DNA of 63,517 nucleotides, filler included, from Malassezia furfur (Eukaryota): NCBI GenBank assembly GCA_052055015.1. It is 8 parts of 8 records of this genome, joined end to end, with 100 filler letters (N's around TTAATTAATTAA, not from the genome) between each part and the next. Parts side by side here need not be neighbours in the genome. Positions count along the whole stretch, not along the records: positions 24,050 to 31,916 come from JBQJIT010000481.1; positions 32,017 to 39,871 come from JBQJIT010000482.1; 6 more parts are not named here. One strand, given 5' to 3'. How positions within the stretch are numbered: position 1 is the first letter of the stretch; each line of letters opens with the position of its first letter. Made by a program: the position numbers and the translations under genes. Under the pieces are notes generated by a model. It made no database searches and had not been told where the DNA came from. It saw only the letters and a list, made by a program, of their open reading frames with translations. This document shows positions 24,050 through 35,481 of the stretch, piece after piece.

Positions 24050-25474
24050 GCGCGACTCGCCGTCGATCGCCGCCGCGCCGCGCCGCGCCGCATCGCCGGC
24101 GGCCGGCGGGGAAGCAAACGCCGCCGTGTACTGCGCGGGCTCGGTCGGGATGCCGTGCACGGGTCCGCAGTGCGCGAGGCGGTCAAAGTGCACCTTGAGC
24201 ACGCGCCCGTTCAGTTCGTAGCCATGGTAGAGCCGCACGGCGTTCTGCGCGTCCTCGGGCGCGGCAAACAGCACCGTACCGAACCCGCGGCTGCGGCCAT
24301 CGGCGTTGAGGGCAACGTCGGCGCGCTGGATGTTGCCTGCGGCACGGAACAAGTCCTTGAGGTCCTGCCACTGGCAGTTGAACGGCAAGTTGCCGATGAA
24401 CAGCACACGCCCCGGGAACGGCAGCGCCGTGGGGGCGGCGTGCGGCGCATGTGGCGCGTGCGGCGGCATTGGTGCCATGGGCATCGGCGGCCACGCCATC
24501 TCCGCGTCGCTCGGCGTCGCGTACGGCACAAACCGCAGCGCGGGCGGCGGCGGCGGTGGCAGCGACTCGACGCCGACGTGCGACGATGCCGGCGACGCCG
24601 CGCTGCCGGGGGCGTGATGCGCAAGACCCGAGCTGGGGCGCGACGGCGGCTCGAGCTGCACATCGAGCACGCGTCCCTGCCACGTGTACCCATGCAGGGC
24701 GTCGACGGCGCGCAAGGCGTCGTCCTCGGTCGCGAACAGCACCGTACCCGTGCCGCAGCTGCGGTTGTCCGCCGTGAGGTGCACATCCGCACGCAGCACG
24801 GTGCCTGCGCGGCGGAAGAGGTCCTTGACGTCCTGCCAGCGCACGCTGTACGGCAAGTTGCGCACGTGCAGCTGCGTGCGCTGGTCGCTCGCGGCGGCGG
24901 CGGCGGCGGTGTATGGGAAACGCGCGCCATGCGCCCCGATACGCGGCGTGTGCGCCGCGCTGCTCGCCGCGTACTCGCGCAACGCAGGCGACGCCGGATC
25001 GCTTCGGAGCATGGGCCCTCCGCCGGGCCCACGCGTGTCGGCCGATGACAAGGGGCGCCGCGGGAACGACGGCGAGGGCAGCGTCGTGCGGGTGTCGGTG
25101 CTGCGCGCGCGCGTGTACGTACTGGGCGCGAGCGAGGCCGCGCCGGGCGCCGGGCTCACCGTGCGCGCCTCTGCGGAGGGCACGCGGCGCTGGGTGTGGA
25201 TATCGGAGGGAAAGTGGGCGAACGTGGCCGAGGAGGGCGCACGCGGCAGGCCGTTCATGTGCTTGGTGACGGCGCGCTGTGCCTCGGCGAATCCGCCCAG
25301 GCCGAGTGCGGACGACGGCGCGCGGGGCACGCCCGGGGCCTCGGGGGCAAAGGCGGCGTCCTCGGCGGGGTACGCCGCGTCGAACGCGCCCGTGCCCGCC
25401 GAGTAGATGTCGTGGGCACTGGACGATAGGTTGAGCGCGGCCGGTACACGGCCTTGCCCTCGTGCGTTGCGCAT
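24050..25474 (-). CDS. Multi-RRM RNA-binding protein (Gbp2/Hrb1/hnRNP-M type RRMs), 3' truncated
   Basis: LHVRNLPYSVRWQDVKDLFRRAG and LFIGNLPFNCQWQDLKDLFRAAG..GRSRGFGTVLF (WQDLKD signature). Start codon is uncertain. Confidence 0.82.
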
Positions 25475-25626
25475 CTCCTTGCGCGCACGACACTCTCGGC
25501 GGTGAGAAGCGTGCAGCGCGACGGGCGGCGCGGCGCGGCGCGGCGCGGCGCGGCGTGGAGCGCGCTGACTCAGCACACGTGGCCGATCGGGCGGAAGCGC
25601 AGAAGCGTCTTCCTGCTCCGTGGACC

Positions 25627-26649
25627 ATGACGCTGCTGCGCCCGGGTGCGGCGCGTGTGCGTGCGCTGGCGCTGGCGCGCGCCGGTGTGCGGTCGAACTC
25701 GACCAAGGCGAACGAGGCGGTGCCCGCCTCGTCACAGGCGCCGTCGCGTGCGACGACGCAAGCGACGAGCGCGGCGCCGAGCGCGATGCAAAAGGCGCTG
25801 CCGCTGTTCTTCTCGCGGCGCGAGCTCGAGGCGTTCCCGCGGCTGCTGCAGACGCGCGACGCGACGCTCGACGGGAGCGGCGCCAACGTCGTGCGCAAGG
25901 CGCCCGATGCGCAAAATGTGTACGGCTCGAGCGTCGCCGTGTACAACGAGGCGGACGACCGGCACTATTCCACGCCGCCGCTCCCCGTGCAAAACGTGAT
26001 GCGCCAGAGCGGCGGCGCTGGCGAGGAGGTCAACTCGGAGGCGTACCTGAGCTCCGTGACGCCGCTTACTGCCGCCGAGGTGCAGGCGCTGCACCGCTAC
26101 AACATCACGCTGAAGCGCGTCGTCAACATGACGGGCAAGGGCCGCGTCGCCAGCTGGTACGCGCTGGTGGTCGCCGGCAACGGCAAGGGCCTCGTCGGCT
26201 ACGGCGAGGGCAAGGATATGAACGCCGGGCGCGCGAACAAGAAAGCGTTCCACGCCGCGGTGAAAAACATGGACCTGGTCGCCGTCCACCGCGCCAAGAG
26301 CGGCGCCAACACGGTCGAGACGAGCGTCGAGGGCCACTGGGGCGCGACGCGCGTCGTGATCCGCCCGCGCCCCGCGGGCTTTGGGCTGCGAGTGCCCAAC
26401 GTGATCCACCCGATCGCGCGCGCCGCGGGCTTTACCGACCTGAGCGCCGCGGTGTACGGCTCGTCGAACGCGATGAACGTGGTCAAGGCCGCGCTCCAGG
26501 TGCTGTGGGGCGGCAGTGCGCCGATCGGCCAGGGCAACGGCGTGCGCGGCAAGATGCGCCGCGAGAACAAGGGGCAGGGCGCGCGCAGTCGGCGCGACAT
26601 GGAGCTGAGCCGCGGCCGGCGGCTCGAGGAGCTCGACATGGATCGGTAG
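25627..26649 (+). CDS. MRPS5: Mitochondrial ribosomal protein uS5m
   Basis: Arg-rich presequence, KRVVNMTGKGR, ALVVAGNGKGLVGYGEGK, RPRPAGFGLR, SSNAMNVVKA. Confidence 0.9.
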   Translation: MTLLRPGAARVRALALARAGVRSNSTKANEAVPASSQAPSRATTQATSAAPSAMQKALPLFFSRRELEAFPRLLQTRDATLDGSGANVVRKAPDAQNVYGSSVAVYNEADDRHYSTPPLPVQNVMRQSGGAGEEVNSEAYLSSVTPLTAAEVQALHRYNITLKRVVNMTGKGRVASWYALVVAGNGKGLVGYGEGKDMNAGRANKKAFHAAVKNMDLVAVHRAKSGANTVETSVEGHWGATRVVIRPRPAGFGLRVPNVIHPIARAAGFTDLSAAVYGSSNAMNVVKAALQVLWGGSAPIGQGNGVRGKMRRENKGQGARSRRDMELSRGRRLEELDMDR

Positions 26650-26669
26650 GCGACGTAGCTGTGGTCTAT

Positions 26670-29600
26670 CTACCGCGCCGTCTTGGCGCACTCGTGCAAC
26701 TCGATCAGCAGCTCGTTGTAGCGCTGCGTCGTCACGGCGCGGTTGCGCGACGTGCCCGCGTGCGGCACACGCACCAGCACCCCGTCGACCGACGCCGGCT
26801 CGTCGGTGCAGCGGTCCACGCCGAGGCACAGGTCGAGCGCCGCCTTGTACTCGGCAAACGAGTGCGGCGCGGGGGCGTGGCGCACGGTGGCCAACCACTG
26901 CTCGGGCTCGTGCGCGAGCATCTCCCAAAACTTTTTGCTGCGCTCGAGGTCGACGCGCTGCGGCGACGCGGCGAGGTTCTTGAGGTTCTGCTGCAGCGAG
27001 AGGATGTTGCGTAGCATCTTGGTGACACCATGCCGGTTGATCGCGCGCACGCTGCGCACGCCCTCGACCATCACGGCGTCGAGCAGGACATCGAGGCCGT
27101 CGAGGACAAACTGCTGGTGCTCGGCAGAGAGCGTGTCCTTGAGCAGCTCGCTGAAGGCCGTCAGCTCGCCGTTCCACTCGAGCACATGGCTGTCCGGCTC
27201 GAGCGCGCCGCCGTCCACGATGTAGGTGCCCTCGGCGAACGCGAGGCGCAACGCATGCAGCGCCTTGAGCCGCAGCTCGACACGCAGCGTAATCAGGATG
27301 AACTGCGCGAGGTGCTCGTACAGGCGCACAATCTCGGCAAAGCGCGGCACTAGGCCCGCGCTGAGCGGCAGCGGCAGCACGCCGTCCGGCACGTCGCGGC
27401 GCACGTCCTCGTGCTCGGCGGTGGCGCGCAGCTGCGCCATGTGCTGGTGCAGCCACTGGACGCTAAAGTGCAAATGGCCGAGCGCCAAGAGCCGCTTGCG
27501 CGACGTCATGAGGTCGGCGCGGCGCACGGGCGTCTCGGTGGCGTAGCGGCGCTCGGTACGCGCCTCCTCCTCACGCAGCGTGGCCGCACGCGTGTCGGCA
27601 CCCGCGGCACGCGCGTCGCACAGCACGCGGTACAGCTCGGGGCGCTGTGCCCACACCGCCGCCCGCACGTATGGCCCAACGGCGTGCGTCGCGGCAGCGT
27701 CCATGTCCTCGGACACGAGCTGCTTGAACCGCTCGTTGCACCGCTCGTAGTACTCCACAAACACCACGAGGATTAGGCGCGCATACGACGCGCGCTTCAC
27801 CGGCGCGGCCTGCAGCATCGTGTAGAGGCTGTCGACCAGCGCGACGATCTGCGTCGCGCTGCGCACGACGGGGCGCGACGCCGCCGCGCGCTTCGCCGTG
27901 TCGGGTGCAAACGCCTCGGCGCCGCGCGTCGCGGTCGAGACGAGCTGCTGCACCTTGTCCTCGAGCATGGGGAGGAACATCATCTGCACAAACTCGCGCA
28001 GGAAGCCGCCGAACCCGCGCGCCGACGACCCGGCGGCGTCCGCAGGGAGGATCTGTGCGACCCGCTCGATGAACGCGAGCGTCGGCTGGAACAGCACCGA
28101 TACCGTAAAGGTCAGCGGGCGGACAAGCAGGCGGTGCGCCGCACCCGTGTACTCTTCGGGGCGCGCCAGCGCGCCCGGCGCGTCGTGCAGCAGCGCATTC
28201 GGGGCCTGACGCGCCGCCTCCTGCCCCACGAGCCCCGGCACAAACGTGCGCAGCGCGGCGTCGACCGTGTCCTCGGCGCGGCGCACGGCGTTTTGCTGGC
28301 GGCGCACGTCGGCCATGCGGAAGAGCGCGCGTGTCTTGTCGCGCTCGTACCGCGGACCGCGCAGCAGCTCGTTCAGCGACGGGACTTGCGCAGACGCCGC
28401 CTGCACCACCGCATGCGTGTCTTCCGAGAGGTAGTCGTGCAGCAGCGCCCGCACCTCGTACTCCACCGCCTGCCACACGCGCACGAGCGCCGCCACCCCC
28501 AGCTCGGCCGACGCACGGTCCGCTGCGGCGCTCGCGGGGGCGTCGGCGCGCTGGAAGAGCGCCGTGGCAATCTCTTGCACGACGCGGTGGCCCTGGAGCA
28601 CCGCGTCGAGCTTCGAAAAGAGCGTCCAGAAAAAGTCGCGCATCGTCTCCATGTCGCGCTGCAACGCCGCCAGCTCGTGCTGCCCGGCGGCACGCGCGCC
28701 GCCCAGCTGGGCCGCGTTCACCAGCGAGAAGGAACGGCGCGCGCCGCCATCCTCGATGAACGACGCGGTGAGCGCCGAAGGGGCAAACAACACGTTTTCC
28801 GTGCGCGTTGCATCGCTCACCGCATAGCGCGCAGGGTCGTGCCGCCGGTCCACCTCGTCGATGGTGGCGTCGACGAGCTGGTGCACTTCAAAGGGCAGGC
28901 GCTGCCCAATCATCTCGAGCGCATAGCCCATCTTGCCGAGCCGCGCCAGGCTCTCGAGCAGCATCTCGAGGTACACAAACGAGTCCTGCTCGGGGTTCTG
29001 CGCGGCGCGCGGCGCTCCGTCGGCGTCCGCGTCGGCCGCATCCGCAAACGACACATCCACCTCGCGCTCCTCCGCCCCGTCGCCCGCGCCGCCGTACGCC
29101 ACGCGCGTGCGCAGCACATGCAGGAACTGCACAAGCTTACTGGGCTGCGCGCCGTCCGTGCGGGCGTCGGGAGCATACGCCTCGCCAAACACCACGTCCG
29201 GCAGCGTGTCCTGTCCGTGTACGTAGCTGCGCCACCGCGCGTCGCAGTAGGTCGACTTGAGGTACAGGTGGTTGTGCACCTCTTCCACCAGGATCTCGAG
29301 CAGCGCATGCTCCTGCGCACGCAGGTACGCACGCAGGTCGGCCGTCGCACCGACTTCGGCGAGCTCCTCGCGCTGGATCAGGCGCAGCGAGCGCATGAGC
29401 AGCTGCGTCGCACGCAGAAACTGCTTCTCAGCCATGAGCGTCTCGAGCTCGTCCGGGACGCTGCGCAGCTGCTCGACGAGGCCCAAGACGCGCATCGCCT
29501 CTTTGAGCGTCTCGATGCGCTGCCACATCTGCACGAGGTCCGCGCGTTTCGCGCCAAGAGCATCGCGCGCGTGCTGCAGCTTGGTGCGTGTCGTGCCAAC

Positions 29601-30827
29601 GAGCTCCTGGGCATCGCCAAGCGAGTGCACCATGCCGTGGTTGACGGTGATGGCCAGCGCAAAGCTCTCGTAATGGTCGTCGAGCGTGCCCTGGAGCGTG
29701 CGCTCAATCATGTCGTTCAGCGAGGCAAAGTCGCCCAGCCGCGCGCGCAGCGACGCATCGCTCAGCAGCCCGAGCGACAACGCCAGCGGATTGAAGCGGT
29801 CGTCCAGCAGGAAAGGCCACTCGCTCTTGATTTTACGCAGCGCCGCATTCAGCGCGCGAAACTTGGGCGCATCGCTCGCGTCCACGTAGTCGCCCACCGC
29901 GCGACTCGCGCCGGGCACCATGGACGGCATCGGTGCCGCCCGCTTCGCCGTGTCGAGTCCACCGCGCAATACGCGCGCGGTTTGCCGCTTGCGGCCGGCC
30001 TTGGTCAACGCGCCCAGCACCGCATCGAGCGCCGCAGGCTGCCGCTCTTTCGACAGAGAGCCGAGCGCTGGGTGCTCGGCATCCATGCTCGGCGACGCAG
30101 GCGCTGGGACGCTCGGGGCGGGGCGCAGTCGACTCCGAACGCCGGGCATCGGCGCCACGGCGGGCGCCGGCGACGGGGCCGGTGACTCGCCGGCATCGAG
30201 CGATGCGCGACCCGCGCTCGGCGACGGCACACCGGGCGAGCTCGGCGCGAGTGTTGCGCCATCGGTCGGAATCGCAAGGCCCGGCACACTCCCAGGCGGC
30301 GGCACAGGCGCCGGCGACACTGTGCCCGGCGAAACGGCACCGTACGCCGGCTCGAACGGCGTGTGCATTGACGCACGCACATCGCCCACGAGGCCCGCCG
30401 AGGTTGGCGTGCTACTCGGCGCATAGGCCGGTACCGCGCGCCGCGGGCTCGTGGCGGCGCCCGGCATTGCCGCGCCAGCCGCTGCATGGGCCGCAGGTGG
30501 GGGAGTGGATGTGGACATGACCTGCGCGGCGGCTGGCACGCTGGGCTGCGGCGCGTACATAGGCGCGCCATACGTGCCCTGCACACCCAGCTCGGGCGCG
30601 GGCGCGGGTGCATACGCCGTGGGCGGCGCTGTGTACGCGCCGCCTAAGGCTCCCGGCGGCACAGCGCCGGGCGGCGCGCTGCGGGGCGCCTCGTTTGCGC
30701 CGCCGGGGAACGCATTGTGCCCCGGCACCACGATGGGTCCCTCGGTGACGCCCGCACCACGGCCGAGTTGCTCGTTCTCGTGCCGGATCTGCGGGCGCCG
30801 CTTGGATCCCGTCGAGCGCTTCAGCAT
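26670..30827 (-). CDS. SEC8: Exocyst subunit Sec8 with a long Pro/Ala-rich N-terminal extension
   Basis: IKSEWPFL..FNPLALSLGLL, LRSVPDELETLMAEKQFL, LVEEVHNHLYLKS, NPEQDSFVY, LRVELRL, KMLRNILSLQQNL. Start at MLKRSTGS (30827) is inferred. Confidence 0.88.
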   Translation of the reverse strand: MLKRSTGSKRRPQIRHENEQLGRGAGVTEGPIVVPGHNAFPGGANEAPRSAPPGAVPPGALGGAYTAPPTAYAPAPAPELGVQGTYGAPMYAPQPSVPAAAQVMSTSTPPPAAHAAAGAAMPGAATSPRRAVPAYAPSSTPTSAGLVGDVRASMHTPFEPAYGAVSPGTVSPAPVPPPGSVPGLAIPTDGATLAPSSPGVPSPSAGRASLDAGESPAPSPAPAVAPMPGVRSRLRPAPSVPAPASPSMDAEHPALGSLSKERQPAALDAVLGALTKAGRKRQTARVLRGGLDTAKRAAPMPSMVPGASRAVGDYVDASDAPKFRALNAALRKIKSEWPFLLDDRFNPLALSLGLLSDASLRARLGDFASLNDMIERTLQGTLDDHYESFALAITVNHGMVHSLGDAQELVGTTRTKLQHARDALGAKRADLVQMWQRIETLKEAMRVLGLVEQLRSVPDELETLMAEKQFLRATQLLMRSLRLIQREELAEVGATADLRAYLRAQEHALLEILVEEVHNHLYLKSTYCDARWRSYVHGQDTLPDVVFGEAYAPDARTDGAQPSKLVQFLHVLRTRVAYGGAGDGAEEREVDVSFADAADADADGAPRAAQNPEQDSFVYLEMLLESLARLGKMGYALEMIGQRLPFEVHQLVDATIDEVDRRHDPARYAVSDATRTENVLFAPSALTASFIEDGGARRSFSLVNAAQLGGARAAGQHELAALQRDMETMRDFFWTLFSKLDAVLQGHRVVQEIATALFQRADAPASAAADRASAELGVAALVRVWQAVEYEVRALLHDYLSEDTHAVVQAASAQVPSLNELLRGPRYERDKTRALFRMADVRRQQNAVRRAEDTVDAALRTFVPGLVGQEAARQAPNALLHDAPGALARPEEYTGAAHRLLVRPLTFTVSVLFQPTLAFIERVAQILPADAAGSSARGFGGFLREFVQMMFLPMLEDKVQQLVSTATRGAEAFAPDTAKRAAASRPVVRSATQIVALVDSLYTMLQAAPVKRASYARLILVVFVEYYERCNERFKQLVSEDMDAAATHAVGPYVRAAVWAQRPELYRVLCDARAAGADTRAATLREEEARTERRYATETPVRRADLMTSRKRLLALGHLHFSVQWLHQHMAQLRATAEHEDVRRDVPDGVLPLPLSAGLVPRFAEIVRLYEHLAQFILITLRVELRLKALHALRLAFAEGTYIVDGGALEPDSHVLEWNGELTAFSELLKDTLSAEHQQFVLDGLDVLLDAVMVEGVRSVRAINRHGVTKMLRNILSLQQNLKNLAASPQRVDLERSKKFWEMLAHEPEQWLATVRHAPAPHSFAEYKAALDLCLGVDRCTDEPASVDGVLVRVPHAGTSRNRAVTTQRYNELLIELHECAKTAR

Positions 30828-30886
30828 CCACGGTAGTCTGTGCGACCTCCGCTCCGCACGCGATCGGCCGAGCACTCCACACCTGC

Positions 30887-31847
30887 ATGGTGGTGCCGCG
30901 CGTGGGCCCCAACTTTCCGGCGGCGCTCGCGATCGCGCCGAGCGCACCGGCGAGCGATGGCGCACGCGCCGGCGATGCATGGGAGCACGACAGCGCGGAC
31001 GACATTGCCGCGTTCGGCATCGCGGGGCGCATCTGGTACGTCGCGTGCACTCACCTCCAGGGAATCCGCGTACCTGCTTCGCCGCTACGTCGACCGCGAC
31101 GCGCCGTGGGTTTTTGATCCGCCGTGCACACTCCATGGCACGGGTGCGCCCCGCACTGTGCTGGAACTTGGCGCGGGCGTGGGCACTGCGGGCCTCGCAC
31201 TGGCTCAAGCGCTGCACGACCCGTCTACACCGCACACCGTCATCCTGACCGACCTGCCCGACGTCGTGCCGCTTCTCCAGCGCAATGCCCGCATGGCACA
31301 GGCGCGCGGACAGGATGTGCGTGTGTGCGCGCTGCCGTGGGGCGACACGCATGCAGCCCACGCCGCCATGCGCGCCGCGCCGCGTCCGCTGACCCACATC
31401 CTATGCTCGGATTTGGTCTATTTCCCCGAGCTCCTCGCGCCGCTACTGCGTACACTGCTCGACGTGACGAGCAACGAGCACCCACCCGAAGTAGTGATCG
31501 GCTATCGTATCCGCTCACTCACCAAGGAACAGCCGTTCTGGGCTGCACTGGGGTCGTGGTTTGACTTTCGCGCAGTGTACTGTGCGCCCCAAACGCGCCC
31601 CGACGCATGGGTGCCGTTTGGCAGCGACGCGACGCACCTCTCGTCCGGTCCGCCGGGCGCCGTGCCGGACGACTACTTTGTGTTTGTTGCGCACCGCAAA
31701 CCTCATACCCTGTCGCAGACGGCGCCGCACAGCGATGCGGCGCTCCTCGCCGGTCGCCGCGTGACGGAGGAGGCGACACAGGCCTACGACCCCGATCTGA
31801 GCGGCGTCGATACGTTCGAGTGGCTGATGCTGAGCCGGTCTACGTAG
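30887..31847 (+). CDS. Protein-lysine methyltransferase, family 16 (METTL21/Efm-like); 25-nt intron 31036-31060
   Basis: GIAGRIW|ESAYLL, motif I VLELGAGVG, ILTDLPDVVPLLQRN, LPWG, ILCSDLVY. Confidence 0.85.
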
Positions 31848-32016
31848 CTAAAATACAACACAGTACACTCACGCGCGCCGGCGCGCGTTCGGACCGCGGC
31901 CGCCCCCCGCCGGGGGNNNNNNNNNNNNNNNNNNNNNNNNNNNNNNNNNNNNNNNNNNNNTTAATTAATTAANNNNNNNNNNNNNNNNNNNNNNNNNNNN
32001 NNNNNNNNNNNNNNNN

Positions 32017-33086
32017 CCCCCTCCCCTGCCCGCGCTTCGAATGCCTCGGCGCGCGCGTCGAGCCCCGTGTCCGACTCGTCCGACGCCTCCGTCGAGCTCG
32101 GCACACGCACACCACGACGCAGTGCCCGTCACCAGCCCAAGGACGACGACAGCAAGCCCATCCTGCGGTACCCGCCCTCCGGGCGGCACGCCGTGACTCT
32201 GCTCTCATCCGACGTGCGGCGGCTGGACGAGGACGAATACCTAAACGATACGGTGATTGAGTTTGGGCTGCGCTACTTCCTTGAGCAGATCCGTGCGCGT
32301 GACGCGCGCCTCGCCGACCAGACCCACCTGTTCAACTCGTTCTTCTTTCAAAAAGTGAGCGAGTTTCGCGACCGGAGCAAGTCGTACGAGCTCGTGCGCA
32401 AATGGACCAAGGGCGTCGACATTTTTTCCAAGCGCTATCTTGTCGTGCCGATCAACGAGCACATGCACTGGTACCTTGCGATCGTCGTCAACCCCGCAGG
32501 CATCCTGCACGTACGCGATCCGCCGAGCGCGACGCGGCGCTCGGCACGCGCGACGCCGGACGCATCTCCCGCCACCAGCGAGGCCGAGTCGCACGCCCCG
32601 CCGAGCCCCGCGAAGCGCGGTGGGCCGACGCGCATTGTACCTGGCGAGCGGCGCGCGCCGCCGCCCCCACCGGAGCCGGAGCCGACGTACGTGCTGGTGC
32701 TCGACAGCCTGGGCAGCACGCACGCGGCAGTCAAAACGGCGCTGCGGGACTACCTGCGCCTTGAGGCGCGAGACAAGCAGCGCGTGCCGCCAGATACCGA
32801 CGTGCGCCGCCTGGGCGATGCCGTGCACGTCGACGTGCACGTTGCGACGCAGCCCAACTTCTGCGACTGTGGACTATACCTCTTGCACAACTTCCAGTGC
32901 TTTTTTTCCGATCCACAGGTGCACCTCCGCGCCGCACTTGCGTCGCGCCGCACTGCCACGCAGCCCGACGACGTGTGGCGCGCAGGCGACATGGCGCAGT
33001 ACCGCCGCCACTGGCAGTCGCTCATCCGCGACCTGAGCGCCGCGTGGCAGCCCCCGGACCCCGACGTAGCGCGCGATAGCGACTAG
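32017..33086 (+). CDS. ULP2: SUMO protease (C48, Ulp2/SENP6-7-like) catalytic domain, 5' truncated
   Basis: YLNDTVIEFGL, FNSFFF, VRKWTKGVDIF, VPINEHMHWYL, VLDSLG, QPNFCDCGLY (His-Asp-Cys triad). Confidence 0.85.
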
Positions 33087-35425
33087 GATGACGTGGCCCG
33101 TGCATTGACGAGCGTCTGTAGCCATGCCGGCTCAATCTTGGACACGGTACGCGCAAAGGCCTGCGTGGTGAGCACGAGCTCCTCGAAAACAATCGCCTGC
33201 ACAGACGCCGCCGAGGTGCCGCGCGCGCCGTGCCGTGCGGGATGCAACGTGCACGAGGGGTGCAGCTTGAACGACAGGCCGCCGGCGATCCGCCGGAACG
33301 TGCCGTCCGGCTGCCGCAGCGCCGTGTTGCTCAGGCGGCCCAGTCCGAGGCACTGCAGCAGCGCCGTGTAGTCTTCCGTGCCCGCGGTGCCGGCGTTCGT
33401 GCCCGGTCCTCCGCCGCCGCGCGTCACAATGAGCGCATCACCATCCGCATCTTCTTCCTCTTCCTCGCGCGCGACGTCCCGCGCGACCGCGCCGCCACGC
33501 GTCTCGTCATCGCACGTGAGGCCGTGTTGCTGGCAGATGCGCATGAGCTGCTTGCGGATCGCCAGTACATTGCGCATCGTGCGCTCGTGCACGCCATGCG
33601 TCTGGCACCACATGCGTAGCTCGTGCCGCGCACCCGCGCTCGCACCTCCGCCCGCATGCGCGCCGTGCGCATGAGCACGCGCGGCAAGGTAGCCATACAG
33701 CGCGTTGAGTAGCGTCGCGTGGTCGCCGCTCGCGTCGACAAACACGTCACGCGCACGTTCCGCGGCCTCGCGGCGCTCAGCGTCGTGAGGCTCGACAAAC
33801 ACGCCGCGGTCCGCCGACAACACGGATACGAGGTCGCGCGCCTGCCGCGCAACCACCGGCCCGCGCTCGGCGGCCGCAACGAGCAGGCGCGCGTACGACG
33901 GCACGATGGGGAGCAGCGCGAGCTGGCGCCCCAGCGGCGTGAGGCGCACGACCTTGGCGCCGCCGCCCGTCGCCTCGCTATGGATCGCGCCAAGCTCGGC
34001 AAGGTGTAGCGCCGCCTCCTGCAGCAGCGCCGAGTCGGGCGGATCGAGCCAGCCGAACGCAAACGGGTCGAGACCAAGCGCGTACAGCTGCAGCGCCGCG
34101 CCGGACAGCTCGGTGCGGTGGATCTCGGGAACAGGCGCCTTGGGCAGCGTCCCATACGCTTCTTTGGTGTACAGCCGGTAGCACTCGCCCGGCGCCTCGC
34201 GTCCCGCACGGCCCGCGCGCTGCACGCTCGACGACTGCGAGATCGGCAGGACCTGCAGCGTCTCGACGCCGGTTTGCGGCGAAAAGACTTTTTCCTTGAC
34301 GAGCCCCGAGTCCACAACGTAGCGCACGCCGGGAATCGTGATCGACGTCTCGGCGATGTTGGTTGCCAGTACCACTTTCCGCGTGTGCGGCGGCGTCGGC
34401 GCAAACACAGCGGCCGACGCTGCGGGGCCAAGCGCCGCGTAAAGCGGCCGCACCAGCAGCGCCGGCACATCCGTGCGCCCCTCGGCATCGGCCCATGCAT
34501 CAAGTTGCGATGCAAAGAGCTGCAACGACTGTGCGAGCGACTCAATTTCTTCCTGGCCGGTCGCAAATACCAGCACGTCGCCCAGCGGCTTGGTGACGTG
34601 GATCTGCATCACGGCACGCACCGCCGCATCCGTCCAGTCCTCACAGCTTGCCTCGGTGTGGAAGAGGCGCACGGCGTGCTGTCGCCCCGCGACATAGAGG
34701 ATTGGCACGTCCGGCGCCTGCTCGGTCGCAAAGAAGCGCGCAAAGCGCTCGGCGTCGATCGTCGCACTCATGATCACCACCTTGAGTGGCAATGCACCAG
34801 GCTCACCTGCGTCCACACGTCGTCGCCGTTCGCGCTGAATCTCGCGCACAAGGCCGAGCACGAGGTCGGTACGCAGCGACCGCTCGTGTGCCTCGTCAAT
34901 GATCAGCACGCCGTACCGCTTGAGCAGCGCGCCCTTACCGCGCAGTTTATTAGGCTCGCCCGCACTCGGCAGCTCAATCGGGCCGAGAATCTCGCGGATG
35001 AGCATACCATCGGTGAGAAACTTGATCCGCGTGTTGCGGTTCGTGCGGTCGTCAAAGCGCACGGCATAGCCGACATGCTCGGGCTTGTCGCTCGGGTGCT
35101 TAGGCGCGAGCGTCGCGGGATCCGCACACCCCATTTCGGACGCGACGCGGCGCGCCAGCGATGTTGCAGCGACACGGCGTGGCTGCGTAATCCCAATCAT
35201 CGCCTTGCGGTGCGCGTCGACAATGCCGGCATCAAAGAGGAACTGTGGCACCTGCGTCGTCTTGCCACTACCTGTCTCACCCACCAGGATGACTGTGTCA
35301 TGTTCTCGCACGCGCTGCACAATGGTCGCGCGCCCAGCCGCCACCGGGAGCGCCTCACCCACGCGCGCTCCGCCGCCGCCCATCGTCGCGCTGAGCACCG
35401 CACGCCGTGGCGCCTTCCTCCACAT
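33083..35425 (-). CDS. DHR2: DEAH-box RNA helicase Dhr2/DHX33-like (start at 35425 or 35383)
   Basis: GETGSGKTTQVPQ, TQPRRVAA, DEAHERS, MSAT, TGQEEIE, ATNIAETSITI, QRAGRAGREAPG. Confidence 0.85.
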   Translation of the reverse strand: MWRKAPRRAVLSATMGGGGARVGEALPVAAGRATIVQRVREHDTVILVGETGSGKTTQVPQFLFDAGIVDAHRKAMIGITQPRRVAATSLARRVASEMGCADPATLAPKHPSDKPEHVGYAVRFDDRTNRNTRIKFLTDGMLIREILGPIELPSAGEPNKLRGKGALLKRYGVLIIDEAHERSLRTDLVLGLVREIQRERRRRVDAGEPGALPLKVVIMSATIDAERFARFFATEQAPDVPILYVAGRQHAVRLFHTEASCEDWTDAAVRAVMQIHVTKPLGDVLVFATGQEEIESLAQSLQLFASQLDAWADAEGRTDVPALLVRPLYAALGPAASAAVFAPTPPHTRKVVLATNIAETSITIPGVRYVVDSGLVKEKVFSPQTGVETLQVLPISQSSSVQRAGRAGREAPGECYRLYTKEAYGTLPKAPVPEIHRTELSGAALQLYALGLDPFAFGWLDPPDSALLQEAALHLAELGAIHSEATGGGAKVVRLTPLGRQLALLPIVPSYARLLVAAAERGPVVARQARDLVSVLSADRGVFVEPHDAERREAAERARDVFVDASGDHATLLNALYGYLAARAHAHGAHAGGGASAGARHELRMWCQTHGVHERTMRNVLAIRKQLMRICQQHGLTCDDETRGGAVARDVAREEEEEDADGDALIVTRGGGGPGTNAGTAGTEDYTALLQCLGLGRLSNTALRQPDGTFRRIAGGLSFKLHPSCTLHPARHGARGTSAASVQAIVFEELVLTTQAFARTVSKIEPAWLQTLVNARATSS

Positions 35426-35481
35426 GTCCAGGATTTTTCCCGATCGCGATCGGCGCTTGCGTCACTGAGTGGCGGACGACG

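Noticed and set aside
30828..31397. Upstream in-frame extension making SEC8 1575 aa and overlapping the methyltransferase; similar extensions for TEL2, SKP1, NAR1 and MRPS5
   Set aside because: The extensions run antisense through neighbouring conserved genes and lack homology-like content. Downstream ATGs fit better.
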